Positions 60,246 to 64,000 of a DNA stretch of 64,000 nucleotides are shown here, one piece after another; position 1 is the first letter of the stretch; every line of letters begins with the position of its first letter. The notes beneath the pieces are model-generated. The model saw only the letters and a program-made list of their open reading frames with translations, made no database searches and was not told where the DNA came from. Source of the DNA: Candidatus Bathyarchaeota archaeon (GTDB taxonomy: Archaea; Thermoproteota; Bathyarchaeia; Bathyarchaeales; Bathycorpusculaceae); the NCBI GenBank assembly GCA_963815095.1, contig CAWFFH010000003.1:224001-288000 (forward strand). The letters run 5' to 3'. Both the position numbers and the translations under genes were made by a program.

Positions 60246-60291
60246 TTTGTATAGGTTTCTTGACTAAGCTAAATCAAAGGTTATTGACTGG
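60246..60291. repeat. Tandem 8-6-8 palindromic sites
   Basis: TTTGTATA-ggtttc-TTGACTAA and TAAATCAA-aggtta-TTGACTGG adjacent to the TATA of the 60202 gene. Confidence 0.7.
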
Positions 60292-60389
60292 AAAATCAGA
60301 TTCCTCTCCAATACTTGGCTGTCTTTTCTTGATTAGCTCCAAAAATCCCCGATAATAATTACTAAAGAAGAAAAAGATAGCCCTCAGGG

Positions 60390-61226
60390 CTAAACATAAT
60401 ATTTTGAAACTCCCGCTGGCTTCTTTGGTTTAGCCATTCTCTTAACAAGCCATTTCATTTTGATGCGTTGGCTTCTTGCGTTGTTTAGGCAGAACTTCAT
60501 GCAATTGCCGCACCCTAGACATCTTTTCTCCGATGAATCGCTCATGAGGGTTTGTGCATCTATAGCTCCCATAGGACAAGCTTTGACACATGCTTGGCAC
60601 TTTGTACACTTTCTTAAGTCAGCAGAGGAGCAACCAAGTAAACCTAACACTCTTTGCTCGCCAGTAAATCTAAGTCTGAAGGGTACTTTAGCCGATATTA
60701 TAGCATCTATTGAGCTGATAGATGAGCTATCCAGTCCTTTTTTGAGCACAGAGATTCCAAGTTCTCTCGCAACTACCATGTCATCTTCGTTAGGGCGCCC
60801 AAGAGTCCCTTTAGGGTCTAAACCGTGGAATCTTTTAAACCAGTGTTGTCCTATGAATTCGCCGGCACCAATTACGTTTAATCCTTTTTGAGAGAGCAAC
60901 TCAACAAGCTGCTTAAGTGCCACTCCCGCATCCACATTGCCGTAAACAGATACAGCTATGGCAGATGTCTTCTTTGGAACTCCATCTAATGCCAGAGCGA
61001 TTCTTTCACTGGCTAAGACAGGCATTCTTGAAGCGTAAACTGGAACACCGACTACCCAAATATCTACTGTGCCAAGGTTTTGGGTATTTTGGTCTATGGA
61101 TTTTGTTAAGTCCATTCGAATTGGTGATATTGTGCTTATTGCTTTGGCAATTTCTTCGCAGATTTTGCGAGTGGTTCCTGTAGGTGAAAAGTACATTAGT
61201 CCCACGGTTGGGTTTTGGTTGTTCAT
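60390..61226 (-). CDS. Flavodoxin-ferredoxin fusion (EFR1-like)
   Basis: YFSPTGTT, PVYA, VYGN, GRPN..D, CTKCQACVKACP, CLGCGNCMKFC. Confidence 0.88.
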   Translation of the reverse strand: MNNQNPTVGLMYFSPTGTTRKICEEIAKAISTISPIRMDLTKSIDQNTQNLGTVDIWVVGVPVYASRMPVLASERIALALDGVPKKTSAIAVSVYGNVDAGVALKQLVELLSQKGLNVIGAGEFIGQHWFKRFHGLDPKGTLGRPNEDDMVVARELGISVLKKGLDSSSISSIDAIISAKVPFRLRFTGEQRVLGLLGCSSADLRKCTKCQACVKACPMGAIDAQTLMSDSSEKRCLGCGNCMKFCLNNARSQRIKMKWLVKRMAKPKKPAGVSKYYV

Positions 61227-61227
61227 T

Positions 61228-61473
61228 TTAGTTGCCTCCGTTTTGGGTGTTGACTTTGATTTCTTTGGCTTGGAGGTCAAGTCTTAGAGTTCCTTTGGTT
61301 CCTGTGACTTCGAGGACTATTCCTTCGGTGAAGGTTGCTTTGATTAGGTTGCCGATTGTTCCTTCGATTAGTGTGTTTTCTTTTTGTCCTTCTGTCATTG
61401 ACATGTGTTTGATTTGGTGTTTAGAGCTTAGTTCAATTGAGAAGAACCGCTCATTTTCTTCCTGAGTTTGCAT
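61228..61473 (-). CDS. Small hypothetical protein
   Basis: FSIEL.SK...LIEG.IG....F.EG.VLEV.G..G.LR.DL; GGAGGA RBS; operonic. Confidence 0.7.
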   Translation of the reverse strand: MQTQEENERFFSIELSSKHQIKHMSMTEGQKENTLIEGTIGNLIKATFTEGIVLEVTGTKGTLRLDLQAKEIKVNTQNGGN

Positions 61474-61507
61474 CCGAATTTCCTCCAAGCATCATTCTTG
61501 TATTGTG

Positions 61508-61774
61508 CTAAAGCCCTGCAATTTTTTTGCTAAGTGAGCGCATACCAAAGTAGTGTATTATTACTCCAACGCTCATTCCGCACGTTGGAAACAGGAACCA
61601 TGGAAATTGGGGCACGGTCAGCGTGTTAATCACAACTAACAGACCACTAACCGCCACGGTTACTCCAACGTGAACTTTGAAGCCTTTTCTTGCTTCTTTT
61701 GATTCTTGTTCAAGGGAACTTGTTTCGATTTTTGTTTGGGTTATTTTTTGGGTGTTCATTTTATTTTTTCTCAA
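61508..61774 (-). CDS. 2TM-domain protein
   Basis: KGFKVH.......L..IN......PWFLFP..G..G...H. Confidence 0.78.
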   Translation of the reverse strand: MRKNKMNTQKITQTKIETSSLEQESKEARKGFKVHVGVTVAVSGLLVVINTLTVPQFPWFLFPTCGMSVGVIIHYFGMRSLSKKIAGL

Positions 61775-61819
61775 ACAACCCTATGGTTGAAAATACCCAT
61801 TAGTTTTATTTGACAACTC

Positions 61820-61835
61820 TGTGTAAGATTACACA
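61820..61835. promoter_or_regulatory. Putative operator of the divergent wHTH regulator
   Basis: TGTGTAA-GA-TTACACA palindrome between divergent genes. Confidence 0.55.
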
Positions 61836-61854
61836 AGTGTGTTGAATTGAGTCG

Positions 61855-62610
61855 GTGGTCGCTTTGGTTGAAGAAAAACGCTTAGATACGCTATTTTACG
61901 AGTTGGCAAGCGAGGATAGAATTGCAATCTTAAGAGAACTTTGTTTGTCTCAGCTAAAAATGCAGGACATAGCGCGTAAACTTGACTTGACTGCGACTGA
62001 AGCTTCTCGTCAATTGCAAAGAATGGGCCAAGCTAAACTATTAGAAAGAGGACCCGAAGGAACTTACTCAACCACTCAACTAGGTAAGCTTTTGTTGATA
62101 CTTTCAGTTTCGATGGAACTAGTCTACAAGAATGATGATTATTTTTTAGCCCACGACATAACAAAGATTCCTTTGCCATTTGTTAATAGGATAGGGGAAT
62201 TATCGCAAGCTATCTTAATCGCAGATCTTAACCTAAATTTGACTCGATGGGAAACACTAATCAAAACTGCGAAAGACTACGTTTGGTTAATGACTCCACA
62301 AGCTATGGGACATCTTAGCCGAGTAATGGCTGATAAACTTCTTGAAGGTGTCAAGCTAAGGTCAATCTTTTGCGAAAACATTCGAGAATCAAAAGCTTCT
62401 CTTCCCTCAGGAAAGAACGTTGAAAGAAAACTCTTGTCGGCCGTTCCAGTTATAATGATTATTTCAGAGAAAGAAGCATCTGTTTCCTTCCCACGACTTG
62501 ATGGAAGCGTAGACTATCCATCATTCTTTGGCACGGACCCAACATTTCTCAAATGGGCAAAAGATATGTATATTTACTATTGGGAACAAGCAAAAATCTG
62601 GTATTCTTAA
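61855..62610 (+). CDS. ArsR-like wHTH regulator with C-terminal sensor domain (DUF1724/FilR1-like)
   Basis: LFYELASEDR..IL, E.SRQLQR, Y..T.LG, YF..HD, F..RIGEL, G.DP.F..WA.D...YW. Confidence 0.85.
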   Translation: MVALVEEKRLDTLFYELASEDRIAILRELCLSQLKMQDIARKLDLTATEASRQLQRMGQAKLLERGPEGTYSTTQLGKLLLILSVSMELVYKNDDYFLAHDITKIPLPFVNRIGELSQAILIADLNLNLTRWETLIKTAKDYVWLMTPQAMGHLSRVMADKLLEGVKLRSIFCENIRESKASLPSGKNVERKLLSAVPVIMIISEKEASVSFPRLDGSVDYPSFFGTDPTFLKWAKDMYIYYWEQAKIWYS

Positions 62611-62710
62611 TTAGCGCTGAAAATCCCAATAATTATTCACCTAGAAGTATTTAGTTTCCCTCTATCATTTTGGATAACTTAGAAAAAAGTTGTCCGAACC
62701 GTAATTTTCT

Positions 62711-63430
62711 CTATATCCATCCTCTGCGTTTGAAAATCAATGCAAGAGTTGAAGCTACAGCAGCCATTATTGCAATCATAATATAGAAGCCATAGGGATT
62801 TGTGACTTCAGGAATTTGCCCTGGCCTGAAGTTTGTTCCATATATTCCAGCAATCAAAGTTAAATGAAGAAAAATGGCTGAAATTATTGTTAAAACTCTG
62901 ATTATGTTGTTTGTGTTTATTGTTTGAACGTTAACAAGGATGTCACGGATGTTGCTCATTTCTTCTCGGTGAGAATCAACGACATCTACTAACTGGATTG
63001 TTCGGTCCTGGTTACCAAATCCATGAAAATATACAACATAATATCAGTTGAATGGACAAAGGACAGAGAAAAATAACGTGCGCACCAATTTTTTGTAGAC
63101 GGAACATGTCAAAATCGGATAAGCCTTTATGAACAGTGATTAGCCATTTTGAGCAAACAAGCATCGCAATTCGCTCCATTTTGGCATCAGAAATAAAGCC
63201 GTCTCCATGCGGAAAATAAAGAAGACAAAACATGCAGCCTTCATGTTCATCTATTCTTGAAAGTTCCCCTTCTTCACGCAGTTCTTGAAGGTCATGTTCG
63301 TCTAAGTTAAAATAATTTTTTAGCTCATTCATTTCGTCATCGGTTGGATCTTAGGCATCAAACCATAGAACTTGTTCTTTGCTTATTTCTTCAGGGAGAA
63401 CCAAGTTTTCTGATTGCCATCGTCATTCTT
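62711..63430 (-). pseudogene. corA: CorA Mg/Co transporter, fragmented
   Basis: WFDA*DPTDDEM (in-frame TAA), WLITVH, and LTIIS.IFL.LT.IAGIYGTNF...PE (GMN-like) spread over several frames. Confidence 0.78.
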
Positions 63431-63643
63431 CATGTTGCTTGAGCAAAGTAATTGTTAGCAGATGCTATCCCAATTACTAAACAAGAATTCTCCTTTGTAA
63501 ACCTAACCATTATCTTCGTAAAAAAGGTCTGTTTCTTGCCCAAGAACCATCCAACGGCAATCAAATTGACTATGAAAGCATTTTTATTAGAATGTAGAAG
63601 GATATTTGGGTAACCTGATTTCACAACAAGGCGACTGCTAACA

Positions 63644-64000
63644 TTGGAAGAGATTATTGTAACCCAAAACTTAACAAAAAAATACAAAAATGTTTGTGCA
63701 ATAGAAAATTTGAATCTCAGTGTAAAATATGGTGAAATTTTTGGTTTTCTAGGTCCCAACGGTGCAGGCAAGACTACAACCATCCGCACTCTTACAACAT
63801 TAACCAAACCTTCTTCTGGTTCTATTTGGATTTCGGACTTTGATGTAGAAAAAGAACCTGCCAAAGTCAAAAAATTAATTGGCGTAGTACAGCAGCACCT
63901 AACTTTTGATTTAGATTTGAACTTGAGAGAAAATTTGGAGCTACATGCACGATTGCATCATATTCCTATAAGAGAAGGCAAACAACGTATTGCTGAACTG
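63644..64000 (+). CDS. ABC transporter ATP-binding subunit (DrrA/CcmA-like), truncated by window end
   Basis: Hand translation NLTKKY...GEIFGFLGPNGAGKTTTIR...PSSG...IGVVQQ...ENL. Confidence 0.9.
   Translation, partial: MEEIIVTQNLTKKYKNVCAIENLNLSVKYGEIFGFLGPNGAGKTTTIRTLTTLTKPSSGSIWISDFDVEKEPAKVKKLIGVVQQHLTFDLDLNLRENLELHARLHHIPIREGKQRIAEL

Noticed and set aside
63430-63870. 146-aa minus-strand ORF
   Set aside because: It is the antisense shadow of the plus-strand ABC ATPase gene.

Overview
Archaeal chromosomal window, most consistent with Bathyarchaeia (inferred from TBP, a Cren7-like protein, aIF5B, ABCE1, TrmY, Dph6, FwdB, a BHB-intron tRNA and many PEF/PESF-tailed surface proteins). It carries housekeeping genes (tbp, pyrE, ABCE1, thiL, trmY, Lon-like protease, dph6, serA, glyA, DtxR/FeoA-feoB, aIF5B) and three tRNAs (Thr-CGU, intron-containing Ser-GGA, Pro-UGG). 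Two accessory zones stand out: about 11.4-19 kb after tRNA-Ser (CheB/CheR-kinase fusion, alkA pseudogene, YHS/redox cluster) and about 41-60 kb, an array of co-oriented cell-surface protein genes plus a vapBC pair. The strongest unexplained signal is a tandem 8-6-8 palindrome (TTAGTCAA-N6-TTGACTAA) next to the TATA box of nearly every surface-protein gene and sometimes overlapping the previous gene's end, which is either a regulon operator or a dif-like cassette recombination site. Other candidates are a ~110-nt rod-like RNA hairpin upstream of a DUF559 nuclease, a tRNA-Thr with co-varied non-canonical D/T loops, a 23-aa ultra-acidic Trp peptide upstream of ABCE1, Dph6 coupled to a glutamine amidotransferase, a split AT3+SGNH O-acetylation system, a His-less cobalamin-binding protein and a histone-fold/AAA-lid-like small protein. 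All family calls come from motif recognition by eye; no searches were run.
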